From IMG/VR virus record IMGVR_UViG_3300030372_002896, positions 1,129 through 65,128 of that record: 64,000 nucleotides of DNA. The stretch is one strand, 5' to 3'. The notes under the pieces are model-generated. The model searched no databases. It worked only from the letters and a program-made list of their open reading frames with translations, and was not told the origin of the DNA. Origin of the DNA: a virus (taxonomy: Duplodnaviria; Caudoviricetes). The number at the start of each line of letters is the position of its first letter. Positions within the stretch are counted from its first letter, which is position 1. The position numbers and the translations under genes were made by a program. Of this stretch, positions 48,331 through 59,225 are shown piece after piece.

Positions 48331-51300
48331 GCTCGGTTTGTTTTTGTAACCGTTGCTAAGGTGCGCGATTCGGCAAGTCCGGTTTGGTTACAAAAACTTC
48401 TAATCCGCTGGAATCACCAACTCCGGTTTGGTTACAAAAAAACCTTACGCTGCGCCATAGAAAGGTTTAAATAGTTATGCGAGTATGGTAATTTGTAAGC
48501 GAGGAAGCAACATGACAACTGAAATAACACGAACAAACAATTCAGACATAAACGAATTGACTGGAAACCATAACGAAGCACTCGTGCGATGCATGGCTGA
48601 TTGGATTCAACACGCATACGAGGCGATTCAAAAAGGCGACTACTCAGACGCGGCTACGTGTGTTCGTATTGCATCCACCTTTGAACAGCAAGTCCACATT
48701 GCGGAGGACTGACCTTACGGTGCGCCAACGAAAGGTATAAATAGGATAGCGAGAATGTTAAATTACAAGCGAGGAAGCAACATGGACAGACCAACACACG
48801 AAGAACACACATACCACGACGGAAGCGTCGAGCGAGTAACGCTTGAATACGCGGTAGTCAGGAATGACAAATTGAATCAACTACTATGGAAGATTCAGGA
48901 CGACTGGAACAGGCAAACGCGGGAGTTCGGACCCAAGTGGGCCGACCCCGGTAAGCCGACAGTAATGGAACTGGCTGATGCTATTGACGACCTGAGTATG
49001 TTCATCAATGAACTATCAGATGACGTTCATGAACTATGCATCCAACATACCTATGAAGTGGCTGAGAGCGATGCAATCGAGGTGAAGACATGATTACAAT
49101 CACACCACTTGAGTTCCAATTCCTCAAAGACATGGTATTTTCAGACCATTCGACGGACGGTCACGGCATATGTATGTGGGTGACTGCTGGTTATTCCACA
49201 CTACGTCCCAAAGTGTGGAGGGGTGTCGTTTCATCACTGATGCAGAAAGGTATCATAGGCTATTCAGAAGCCGACCCCGGATACAGATGGCAATGGGATT
49301 ATGAAAATGATACATGGGATGATGCCGCTATGGACTTCAATGACCGCAGGCTGCTTCAACCCGCATGGGTCCAAATACGTGAAGAATATCAAAAGGACCG
49401 ATACAACGACGAGACAATCAAAGATTGGGAGATTGACAATGATGACCTTGACGACCTCAATGATAATTTCAGAAAGGCTTGCATCAAGTGGACAGGCTAT
49501 GAACTAATCAACTTGGAGGTGAAAGCATGACATATGTGACTACAAACAACGGACCATATGTCTTTGATGTGCGGCTCATCAATCACCATAAGAATCTTGA
49601 CATTCCTCTCATGAGAGTGCATTCTATCGGTGAACTGTTCGATACACTTCCCGACACTCTGCCGCTTCATCGTTGGACTACGGACGAAGAAACCAGAACC
49701 GGCAAGAATGGCAAGGTAATACAGAAGCAACTCGGTCCTGAGTGTCTGCTTGATTTCATCAGTATTTGTAAGTTCAAATCTGGATGGGAAGGAATCCATC
49801 TTTATGTGAACAGTCAGCCTGACGTTCGCGCTTATATCTACATCAGTCCGGTGGGCAGGTCATGGAATCGCCTCACCGATTCAAGCGGTTCACTACGGGC
49901 CGTGGCATACGCTGATTGGGCAGTAGGGGAGGAAGAGTGAACCTTACGCTGCGCCGTAGGAATACTTATATACTTTGGAGAACAACACTAAATTACAGGA
50001 GACAGAGAGACATGACACACATCACAAACGACACACCAATATGGTCCGCTCTTGGGCGAACCCGCCGAGGCGACGAGCCGCACTACTCGCGGATTATTAT
50101 CGCCACGAGCGAAGAACGACTTTACGCTAAGGCGAAGTTCTTCGGGTTGAGGATTGAAACTCACACGATTGACCACTACTCATCAGCGTCCGACATGACG
50201 GACGAAGGAGATGAAGCCCTATGGGAAATGCAGGAGGAATCACAATGAGTAGACACATCAGCATTCCCTACTCGATGCTACTCGCTCTTAAAAACCAAAT
50301 CAAGGAGTTACAGGCTGCAATCGCCAAGCGTGACAGCATGGTCGAAGACATGAACACGGCTACGGTTGAGTTCATTGACGCATACTGCGGCATGGAAGAT
50401 TATCTACTACACAATGAAGAGGTGGAAGCATGAACGGATGGAGAAATCGCGCCACATGGCTCGTGAACGTATGGTTCAATCCTGAAACCAAATCAGACAT
50501 AGATTACCTTGAGGAAACGCTCCAAGACGAGTTTGAGGATTACATCAAAGGGACACACTATTCAGGATTTTTCAGCGACCTTATTGACTTCACAGATATT
50601 GATTGGGACGAACTACGCGAAGCAATGGAAGACGAGGTGGAAGCATGATGAAGATTGGCTACAAACAGGAAACTGAGATTATCCTACGAATGCTCGCAGC
50701 GCGAGGTATCAAGTTCGATGGTGGTCACTACGCCTACGACCGTTCAGAATACGCATGGGAGTCGTGCGATTTCCCGACCTTCAAAGAACATACCCACAGG
50801 CTATGGAACGTCGAGGACTCTATACTCTATGTCCACTATCAGGGCGTGAACAGATGGGTTCGATTCACCTACGGTAACTCCTTCGGAGAACTACCCTCGG
50901 ATTGGTCTTGCACAAAATACGGCACAGAACCAGAGCCGATTGATGTGATACTGGAAGATGTTCTCATGAACTACTCGGACCGCGTGTTCAAGTTCTTCGA
51001 CCTCGTGCCGAAGGAAGATTCACCACTACTTTTTGTAACCACGGAGGAAGAGTGAATGAACGAACCATACCACAGATACCCAGACGAAGCCGGACAGACC
51101 ATCACTGAGCATTGGGTCCGAGTGGCTGAGAAGTGTTCCCGAACCTATGCGGTCAAGGGAGCCAAATCTATGAAGGAAGCCATCGAGTTCATCGAAGAAC
51201 ACGGCACTTACGAAGAGATAGAAGTCGAAGAAGGCAGAACTATCAAGGTCACGGAAATTGACGGTTGGCATGAATGGGAACACACTTTCAAGCCTCAAGC

Positions 51301-52651
51301 AGTAGATACCGTCAAGGCTCGGACCTGTGTTTTCCTCGGACGGGTTTTCAAAGCACCAAGCGATACGGAGCGTGGCTCTCGGTTTGGCTATCACAATAGG
51401 CACTACTGCTACGATACGTTCGTATCACTGAATAACCCGACAGGAATCTGTGACGAATGCACAGAATGTCTTGAGATGGGATGGACACTCCAACCAAAGG
51501 AGGTGGAAGCATGAAGAAGTTCATTTACAGAAAGGTCAAGGTGTTTGAACACACCTTTGAGGCATGGTCTAAGGAACACGCCGAGCAGATGCTTGAAGAC
51601 GGTTATCTCATTCTCCATGACTACGAGATGGATTGCGTCAAGGACGAAGAACAGATTGTAAAGCAAAGGAAGGTGGCTTGAATGGGTTGGGGAACTACAA
51701 TTAAGATTGGGACTTTCAACCGACATGAATCATGTCCAGCGGATAATTACATCCTTGACCACATCGAGGATATGTTTGATTTCAAAGCGATGTATGAGGC
51801 GGCAGCAAAATACTTTTCTATGTTCGCAGATGATAATAGTCGTCACCCTGACGATTGGGTTCATTTCATACTCTATCCATCAGGTCTTACTCAAGGGACC
51901 ATAGCAGTATTGGATGCTTTCAAAACAGTGTTAGGTGAAACCGTATTTCCTCTTTCAGTCCATATTTGGAATCGAGAGACAGAGCAATACGAAGTGCAAA
52001 CGTGGGGTGCTAACTTATGAGAACTCACACCTACATCTGCCCGTTTTGTAACCAACATCACGCACGAACATCACTTCTACTATATCCTAACATTAGGATT
52101 TGCTACACACACGACGTAAAGTTCGATGTAGAGGTATATCAGATTAAGGAGGATGTGTGACCTTACGGTGCGCCAACACAACAATTATATACTTTGAAAA
52201 GAATGGTAAATTACAGGAGAGAGAGACATGGCAATTAAGATGAGATGTGAATGTTGCTTCAACAAGTTCGATGCAACGAGCAAAGAACAAACGCAACCGG
52301 ATGATGATGGTTATGTATTATGTCTTCAATGTCAGTTGTCACCAGAATCCGCTACGGATGCCGCGATACTTGCCATCGCTCCCTACGTTGGAGTCAAGGT
52401 AAATCACACTGATTACACTAAGGGTTATCACAAGGCATGGAAGGCATTCTCTTTACAACTACGACGCATCAAGGCAGAGAGAGGTGACGAGCAATGACTC
52501 TCCCACCTCACCCTGAAATACTCCGCGAGTGTCCGAGAGGATGTCTTTGCTGGAAGAACAGAAACGGTAAGGTCATGGCAAGCCGAGATGAGCAAATCAA
52601 GTGCGGCTGTGCCTACATAGACATTCAAGGTAATTTCAGGAGGTTTGACGA

Positions 52652-53155
52652 ATGAATATCTTTTATCTTGACCGCTCGCCTATCGAGGCAGCAAAGATGC
52701 ACTGTGATAAGCATGTGCCTAAGATGATTGTCGAGTGTTATCAGATGATGGGTTCATCTGTCATCCGTCATGGTGCTACGCCTGACATGATGCCGCTCAC
52801 CAAAAAACAGACCCCGCTCAAAGGTGGCTACCACAATCATCCCGCCAGCCGTTGGACGGGAGAATCACGGACTAATTATCTCTATGTATCTTACATGGCA
52901 GGAATGTTGTGCGAAGAATACACCAAGCGTTTCGGTAAGAGACACTTCTGCGAAGATGGCATCGAACATCTGTTCGGTATGTCATCTATGATTCCCGACG
53001 GTCCTATGACTGCTCCGGCACAATGTATGCCAGATGAGTTCAAGGATGATGACCCGGTAGTCGCGTATCGCCGCTACTATCACAGCAAGACATTCGCCGC
53101 ATGGAACAAGAGCCGCGAGGCTCCCGCGTGGTGGAAAGGCGTGGAGGGAGCCTGA
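52652..53155 (+). CDS. Pyrimidine-dimer DNA glycosylase family (T4 endonuclease V-like) protein
   Basis: MNIFYLD...HCDKHVPKMIVE...HNHP...QCMPD...VAYRRYY...APAWW signature. Confidence 0.85.
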   Translation: MNIFYLDRSPIEAAKMHCDKHVPKMIVECYQMMGSSVIRHGATPDMMPLTKKQTPLKGGYHNHPASRWTGESRTNYLYVSYMAGMLCEEYTKRFGKRHFCEDGIEHLFGMSSMIPDGPMTAPAQCMPDEFKDDDPVVAYRRYYHSKTFAAWNKSREAPAWWKGVEGA

Positions 53156-53232
53156 CCTTACGCTGCGCCATAGGCACAGTTATATATGCGAAACCCGACG
53201 ACCAAATATACCAAACAGGAGACAAGACAAAC

Positions 53233-53811
53233 ATGGAAATACACACAACGATTGAGATTGACACAGACGAACTGGTGGAAGAGATTGCCAGTCAGATGAG
53301 CGATTTGATAGACGAGCGCATTGATGAGATGAGTATCAGCAGGGACGACTATAACCCTGATGAGTGGATTACTCGCTGCGAGATTGACCCGGACAACATC
53401 ATCACACATCATGACTTTGACCCGGACTGCTTAGTGACTGACGACAACGTGGATGACCACATCGAGGAATGGTTCAGCAACTACTTCGACCCGTCTGACC
53501 ACAACATCCTGACATCGGATGAGTTCGACCCCGATGACTATGATGTCCTGACACCGTATAACTTCTGCCCAGAAGACCACGACCTCATGACGAGTGATGC
53601 GGTCCACGAAATGATTCAACAAGAGACAGGTTCGGGACTCTCGGGCGAAGACATAGCCCACCGGCTCATCGGTGCTTTAGTCCACGAGCCTGATTTTGTA
53701 ACCACGCTACGGAAAATCCTTGGCATCAGCGACGGACCTGCCGGATGGATTCACATCGGCGGCAAGTGGTATCGTGAAGTCGAAGGCTCACCCGGAGGTG
53801 AAGTGGAATGA
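53233..53811 (+). CDS. Very acidic protein with internal FDPxD repeats
   Basis: About six 11-13-aa units (IDPDNIITHHD, FDPDCLVTDDN, FDPSDHNILTSDE, FDPDDYDVLTPYN, FCPEDHDLMTSD). Confidence 0.75.
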   Translation: MEIHTTIEIDTDELVEEIASQMSDLIDERIDEMSISRDDYNPDEWITRCEIDPDNIITHHDFDPDCLVTDDNVDDHIEEWFSNYFDPSDHNILTSDEFDPDDYDVLTPYNFCPEDHDLMTSDAVHEMIQQETGSGLSGEDIAHRLIGALVHEPDFVTTLRKILGISDGPAGWIHIGGKWYREVEGSPGGEVE

Positions 53812-54383
53812 CTCTCTATCTTGAAAAGGATGGGTCTGGCCTATGTTGGGACACGGTTATGCACTTTATGGGCTACGGCACAAACAAGTGGGAAAACCTA
53901 CAAATTGTTCGCTACATGGTAGACGAAGGTTACAGTCGAGAGACAATGACCGCTCTCTTTGAAGATGCGTGTGACCGTTGGTCTATGGGAGATGATACCC
54001 AAGACATCCTTGCGTGGCTACGTGACCCCGACTACGTTTTCTCCGAAGACAGTTCCTTTAGCAACGATACTGATTACAGTTTTATGTTTCCCGACTCAGG
54101 GAGTGATGAGGAATGAAGTCAGGACACTCGCACCGATACTGGACGAAGTTCAAGGCTCGCCGCAAGCACTACAAAGAGGGACTATACCTCAAGAAGAAGG
54201 GCGGTGAAGAGGAATGAATGCTCTACGCTTTGAAGTGCAGGAATGCAGCGGACAGACCAACGGACACTGGCAGACCGTGATGGAATGCCCGACGTTGGTT
54301 CAGGCTCAGATGACTCTCAACAACCTACGGGTAGTATCAATTATGCAGCGTGACTGTGACTTCCGAATCATCGAGGTGATGGC

Positions 54384-55244
54384 ATGAATAAGACAGAATT
54401 ACTCGGCACTCAGGTCGAAGGCCGCACTGTCGTTAGACGCGGCGCAAATGACACCAGCATCCCAATGGTGGGAGCGAAGAAAGTCAAGCGGCATGGAGGC
54501 TCCGCAGACCGCCTATCAAGGGGTGTGGTGATGACAATCAAGAGATACCTCGCTCAACAGTATCAGGAAAACCATGAGAACTTCGGTATGTATGGGCCTG
54601 ATGACTATCCGTTTCAGCAAGAATATAACTCGTTGCCGTCAAAAGGCGCGATGGGCTATCTCATAAACGCTCTCAACGCCGTCACTAAGAAGTTGAAGGC
54701 TTGGGACTTCGTGGCTCGCGCTAATGAGGTTCAAACCAGACACATTGGGTGTAATGAAAACGCTGAACTATTCATCTATTCTAACATGAGTGGAGGGACG
54801 ATATACCGCACAGTATATGTTCAGTCCACGAACAGAGGGGCATTCAAGATAGGCCCATCGACCAAGAGAGCAGGACCGATTTCAATTACTAATAGGTGGT
54901 CATGGGGTTCGCAACATGAACACCTATCATCTGAAATGGTGGAGTGCCTACCTTCTGACTGGACGGATTGGGTTAATGCAGCATTCGACCGCTCCGAAGC
55001 CCACTACGGCGACCATGAGCGTGTGAAGAAGATTGGTCAATACGAGCGTGAAATCACATCTATCGTTGAATCGTATATACCGAGAGTTCAGAAGGAATTA
55101 GACCAGTGGAACGACCCTGAATGGGTCGCAAGCCTCGTAGCACAGCGAGTGGAGAAATACAGTAATGAAATCAAGCAACATGAGGACCGGCTCAAGACCA
55201 TCAAAGATTACCTAATCGAATTGAAGGGTGGTGAAGAGGAATGA
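54384..55244 (+). CDS. Hypothetical protein with C-terminal coiled coil
   Basis: 286-aa ORF coupled to its neighbours. Confidence 0.7.
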   Translation: MNKTELLGTQVEGRTVVRRGANDTSIPMVGAKKVKRHGGSADRLSRGVVMTIKRYLAQQYQENHENFGMYGPDDYPFQQEYNSLPSKGAMGYLINALNAVTKKLKAWDFVARANEVQTRHIGCNENAELFIYSNMSGGTIYRTVYVQSTNRGAFKIGPSTKRAGPISITNRWSWGSQHEHLSSEMVECLPSDWTDWVNAAFDRSEAHYGDHERVKKIGQYEREITSIVESYIPRVQKELDQWNDPEWVASLVAQRVEKYSNEIKQHEDRLKTIKDYLIELKGGEEE

Positions 55245-55747
55245 AGGATTGCCGCGCAACCTGTGACATCTGCAAGGAAGGGAACATGATGACCATGATT
55301 TTCGGAAAGAACTACGTCTGCGAGTATTGTATCCGCACCATCGTCCTACACTACATCGAAGAGGTGCTACCATGATGAAGCCATTTAGAATACTAACTGA
55401 CGACCGCGAGATTTGTGTCAAGCCCAACAAGTGGCTCGTCCCTATTGAGGGCGTTGATTACCCTGTCGTGACCTTCACGGTATGTTTTCATGACTACGAC
55501 GAAACCCTTATTAGCGAAAGCGTAGTCCCAGATTTGTCCGCGCTCTGGCAACTTGTCACGGCGGAACTCGTTGGGGGTGAAGAGGAATGACTGGCGTAGA
55601 AGCCTTATCACAGTGCATCTTTGCTGCGTATCAAACACTCCATGATTTGGCTGATGCTTACGCCGAAGGAGATGAAGAGAGGGTCGAAATCCTACTCTAC
55701 GAAATCTACTGCGATTACCACATTTCTTACATTAAGGAGGTGCAACA

Positions 55748-56014
55748 ATGAAGTTCGCTGAGAAGGTTGCTGCAACACTGGCTGGCATCGGCAAGATGCT
55801 AATCAAGAAGAATGAGCAATACGGTGACAGCGCACACCGTCCTGTTCGCATGTTCTCAAAGTTAGACCCACAGGCTGGAATCCGAGTTCGGATTGACGAT
55901 AAGTTATCCCGCCTCGCTCGTGGCAACGACAGCATCGAGAGTGACATTGACATTGTTGATGACCTCATCGGCTATCTCGTCATACTCAAAATCATGATGG
56001 AGGCAGAGGAATGA
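55748..56014 (+). CDS. DUF1599 / nucleotide-modification-associated domain 1 protein
   Basis: KKNEQYGDS...GIRVRIDDKLSRL...DIVDDLIGYLVIL. Confidence 0.8.
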   Translation: MKFAEKVAATLAGIGKMLIKKNEQYGDSAHRPVRMFSKLDPQAGIRVRIDDKLSRLARGNDSIESDIDIVDDLIGYLVILKIMMEAEE

Positions 56015-56275
56015 GCGCACAGGATTACTTTCCCCATGAAATCTTCCCAGCGATGGAAGACGAATGTGACCACCCGGAGGAATCTCAAGACCTTCGGACA
56101 GTCACCGTTACACTCCATTCAAACAACGACCCGGAGGGTGAGGATGTTCAGCGGGACATTATCATCTGCACCGATTGTGGTCAGGTGTTGAGGGTTATCA
56201 ACTGACCTTACGCTGCGCTATAAGCAGGTTTAAATAGTTGAAAAACAATGGTAATTTATAGGAGAAGTGATACAC

Positions 56276-56575
56276 ATGCAACAGAGAAAGAGGATGCACA
56301 TGAGAGCGAGAAGGGCTATCCTTCTAACTCTCCGTATGAGCGAAGAGACAATGACTGCTAACCAATTGGTAGCACGAATGATAGACCTACAATGCGACGG
56401 TGTTTTGGCTCGCAACTTCGGTATGCCAACACCACGCGCCATCGGTAACATGATGAAGGGTTGGAAGGGTATCAGGAACGAATACGTTTATCCGCACGGC
56501 GCAAGGTCGAAGATTCTATCATACGAGTTGGAGGACTTGGATGCAGCCGAGGGATGGCTACGAGGTGATGCCTGA
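56276..56575 (+). CDS. Winged-helix-like protein
   Basis: MTANQLVARM...PTPRAIGNMM; first gene after the promoter at 56205. Confidence 0.55.
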   Translation: MQQRKRMHMRARRAILLTLRMSEETMTANQLVARMIDLQCDGVLARNFGMPTPRAIGNMMKGWKGIRNEYVYPHGARSKILSYELEDLDAAEGWLRGDA

Positions 56576-56890
56576 TGGGTTGGGAGATGTGGTTCAAGAG
56601 TGGCAATGGTTACAGCGCACGTATGGGGTTCTTTTGTAACACCAGCGATAAATCATTTGGCCCCGTTTTCTACGTAGGTTCTGGATGGGATGAGGGTGAA
56701 GCCATCTCCGCGTTCCATCGGAAGTGGGCGTCAGAAGGATGGATGGACCCGCGAGCCATGGATAACTCAACACTATCGGATGCAGCATATGGTATATCAG
56801 AATGGATGGAAAAGGAGCGTGGCGAGGAATGAAGATGACGGATTTACTAAAGATGAGCGTCGAGCAACTGCAAGAAATCGAGGCTGAACT

Positions 56891-57820
56891 ATGGCACGAG
56901 TGGAGTATGGTTCGTGCGGCTATCAAGGTCGTGAAGAAATTGGGGGAAGAGAAATGAGTGACCTCGTTCCTATCGTGTGTGACAAGCGAGAAATCGAGGT
57001 CCGCCACTTCACAACAGGTCGAGTTGGTAGCCTTAGACGCTGCGACCTTCTCATCGTCATAAACGGCGAAGAGTATCGGATGTTTGACAGCAGAACGGTC
57101 TTCGATTTTGTAGCCACTCTTTGCGACCCTACACCTCCCCCATACCGTAAAGATGTGTATGATGCCATGTATTCTATGGAGGAACCGTTCTCGTGTGTGC
57201 TTCGTGACCTAATCGAAGAGACAACCGCTGGACTGATGACCTTATGGGTTCGCATCGAGAAAGACCCGATTAGGGTCCGACAGGTGGAAAGTATAGGCGT
57301 GGAAGTGATGGACGATTACCTATGGATGCAGGGTCTTATCGCATCTATCCGAGAGCGCGGCCACATGGCTTCCGTCACTACTACATTATTTCCTCTTAGA
57401 AAGGAAGAGTCAATATCCAACAGGATATGTATCGAGGTGAATACGAAACAGCATTCTCAAATAATCATATCACAGAGGAAAGGTCGGCTTGCATTCACCA
57501 CACGATGTCCAGTGAACTGTGACATGCGGCATCAATTGGATGGGTTGTTCGTTCAACCTATTGACACCATCTGGTTAGATGGCACGTTTGGCTCTGTTGA
57601 TGCTACTGTATTCATGGACACATTCATCAAGTGTGAGGATGCAGCGATTCTTGGTGATGTGTTAATACACACGATTACACAGAGGGAAAGGATGGAGAAA
57701 TCACGACAAGCATATAGTTCCCGGCGACTCAAAATCTCCGACCTGTTCACCATCGAGCGCATGGATGCTCAGGATGCAATTAATTATTTCCAATTATTCG
57801 GAGGTGACTCAGAAGAATAA
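56891..57820 (+). CDS. Hypothetical 309-aa protein
   Basis: Long ORF with no motif I recognise. Confidence 0.7.
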   Translation: MARVEYGSCGYQGREEIGGREMSDLVPIVCDKREIEVRHFTTGRVGSLRRCDLLIVINGEEYRMFDSRTVFDFVATLCDPTPPPYRKDVYDAMYSMEEPFSCVLRDLIEETTAGLMTLWVRIEKDPIRVRQVESIGVEVMDDYLWMQGLIASIRERGHMASVTTTLFPLRKEESISNRICIEVNTKQHSQIIISQRKGRLAFTTRCPVNCDMRHQLDGLFVQPIDTIWLDGTFGSVDATVFMDTFIKCEDAAILGDVLIHTITQRERMEKSRQAYSSRRLKISDLFTIERMDAQDAINYFQLFGGDSEE

Positions 57821-57987
57821 TCGGGGCGCAGCCTACCGATTGTCGTAATTCTTTTTTTACTTCAAAGGTATGTTAGAGTAGTTACCTACTATTTCTAAAC
57901 CATCTATGAAGGAATAAAACAAATAACGGATTGAGGGAGCAGCACAACGATTTATTGATTCTGTATTATTTTTGGGGGCAAAAAGAA

Positions 57988-58428
57988 ATGACGCAACGAC
58001 GAAAACCACGAAGCGAATCAGGTCGCAAGGTCAAACACTCAAGATTGAAGAGGGCTGTATGGCAGTTCTTGACTGATGAAGGCGAGCATAACACTTTCGA
58101 CATAGCACACCATCTCAAAGATGTGGGTCAGTCGTTCAGCCGCCATCAACTAACTCAGGTTCTCAATAAGAATCCAAATATGTTCATCAAGATAGGCAGG
58201 GAAACTCTCAAGCGTCCGGTCATTGGGCCGGGAGGGGCAGACCCTACGACCTATGGTCATGGAGGCGGAACTCCTACGCGCTTGGTCAATATCTATCGAG
58301 CGGCTACCATTGAGGAAATGGCAGAACGATTCATCAAATACGACAACCCAATATCAGGCTACAACCAACTACCAAAGTTCCTCGGAGACAAAATCCGCAA
58401 CTTCATTAACGCACAGGAGAGTGATTAA
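57988..58428 (+). CDS. Winged-helix-like protein
   Basis: LKRAVWQFLTDEGEHNTFDIAHHL...FSRHQLTQVLNKNPNMFIKIG. Confidence 0.6.
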   Translation: MTQRRKPRSESGRKVKHSRLKRAVWQFLTDEGEHNTFDIAHHLKDVGQSFSRHQLTQVLNKNPNMFIKIGRETLKRPVIGPGGADPTTYGHGGGTPTRLVNIYRAATIEEMAERFIKYDNPISGYNQLPKFLGDKIRNFINAQESD

Positions 58429-58430
58429 TT

Positions 58431-59225
58431 ATGACGCGCCGTTTCGACACCACCACTTACCAAGATATTGATGTTCTGTGGGCAGATGGTTTTGTAACCG
58501 ACTCGTCTATTACTGCTATTGTGTTCATGCAGAACGAGCCGGGTTTCGCTACGTTCCTCGCAACTATGGGTGTAGTGGGCGACGAAGAACCCGTGGCTCG
58601 TATCTACTCCAAGTTACTCGCCATCGAACCACAGAACGCAATCCCTGAGATTGCAGAGCCGTGTTTGTTCCTCTATCAGATAGACGACCACATTATCCTA
58701 CGTCTTGTGAATCTCATGCCCCCTTCTCATCAGATGGACCTAACTAACTACCTGTGGCATTATCCTCTTGCTCGTGATTTGGCTTGCCTTCTCTATGATA
58801 TTGGTATCAACAAATTGTTCACTATGACTTCGGTTGGGGTCGAGGGAACGCCACTTGAGGGCGACGGTAATCCATACATCGCATATGATTTTCAAAAGAA
58901 GGATGTCATTGGCTCCCTCGGCGGCGGAGAGTTGGCTTTGACAACTCCTTCGTGGTTGGTGGGAGAGATGTTCGCTAAGATTGGTGGTGGTGAAGTAGGC
59001 TCAATCCTTATGTTGATGAAGGCAGAAAACATCATGGGTGTAGATGAACAGGCTGTCCAATACGCTTTGGACTTCTATCATCAATCCTTCGGCCTCACTC
59101 CCGATTTAGATTCAATGAATGAAATCCGTTCTATCCTTAACTCAATTGACGAAGAGGGATTCTTTGTCAATCCGTTTGATGAGGACGAGTTCGATGAGAA
59201 TAACAGTGGAGGGTATCACGCATGA
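58431..59225 (+). CDS. PAC2-family (proteasome assembly chaperone-like) protein
   Basis: EPVARIYSKLL, GINKLFTMTSVG and DEQAVQYALDFYHQSFGLTPDLDSM resemble the PAC2 pattern; recognised by eye only. Confidence 0.5.
   Translation: MTRRFDTTTYQDIDVLWADGFVTDSSITAIVFMQNEPGFATFLATMGVVGDEEPVARIYSKLLAIEPQNAIPEIAEPCLFLYQIDDHIILRLVNLMPPSHQMDLTNYLWHYPLARDLACLLYDIGINKLFTMTSVGVEGTPLEGDGNPYIAYDFQKKDVIGSLGGGELALTTPSWLVGEMFAKIGGGEVGSILMLMKAENIMGVDEQAVQYALDFYHQSFGLTPDLDSMNEIRSILNSIDEEGFFVNPFDEDEFDENNSGGYHA

Larger units (their letters stand above)
40830..48439. repeat. Dense field of (T)GGTTACAAAA motifs in intergenic blocks
   Basis: Manual count of exact 10-mers: about 64 forward and about 14 reverse copies here, plus 4 reverse copies at 51031, 52044, 53694 and 58490. 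Confidence 0.97.
45628..57820 (+). other. Right-arm cluster of about 35 small, translationally coupled, mostly unknown genes
   Basis: ATGA/TGATG overlaps, GAGGTG or GGTGAAGAGG SD sequences embedded in upstream 3' ends, subdivided by the repeated promoter. Confidence 0.8.

Noticed and set aside
48052-48474. 140-aa ORF (and nested 48177-48359) as the product of the promoter at 48018
   Set aside because: The TTG start lies upstream of the predicted TSS, and the frames run through the terminator hairpin, T-tract and motif copies.
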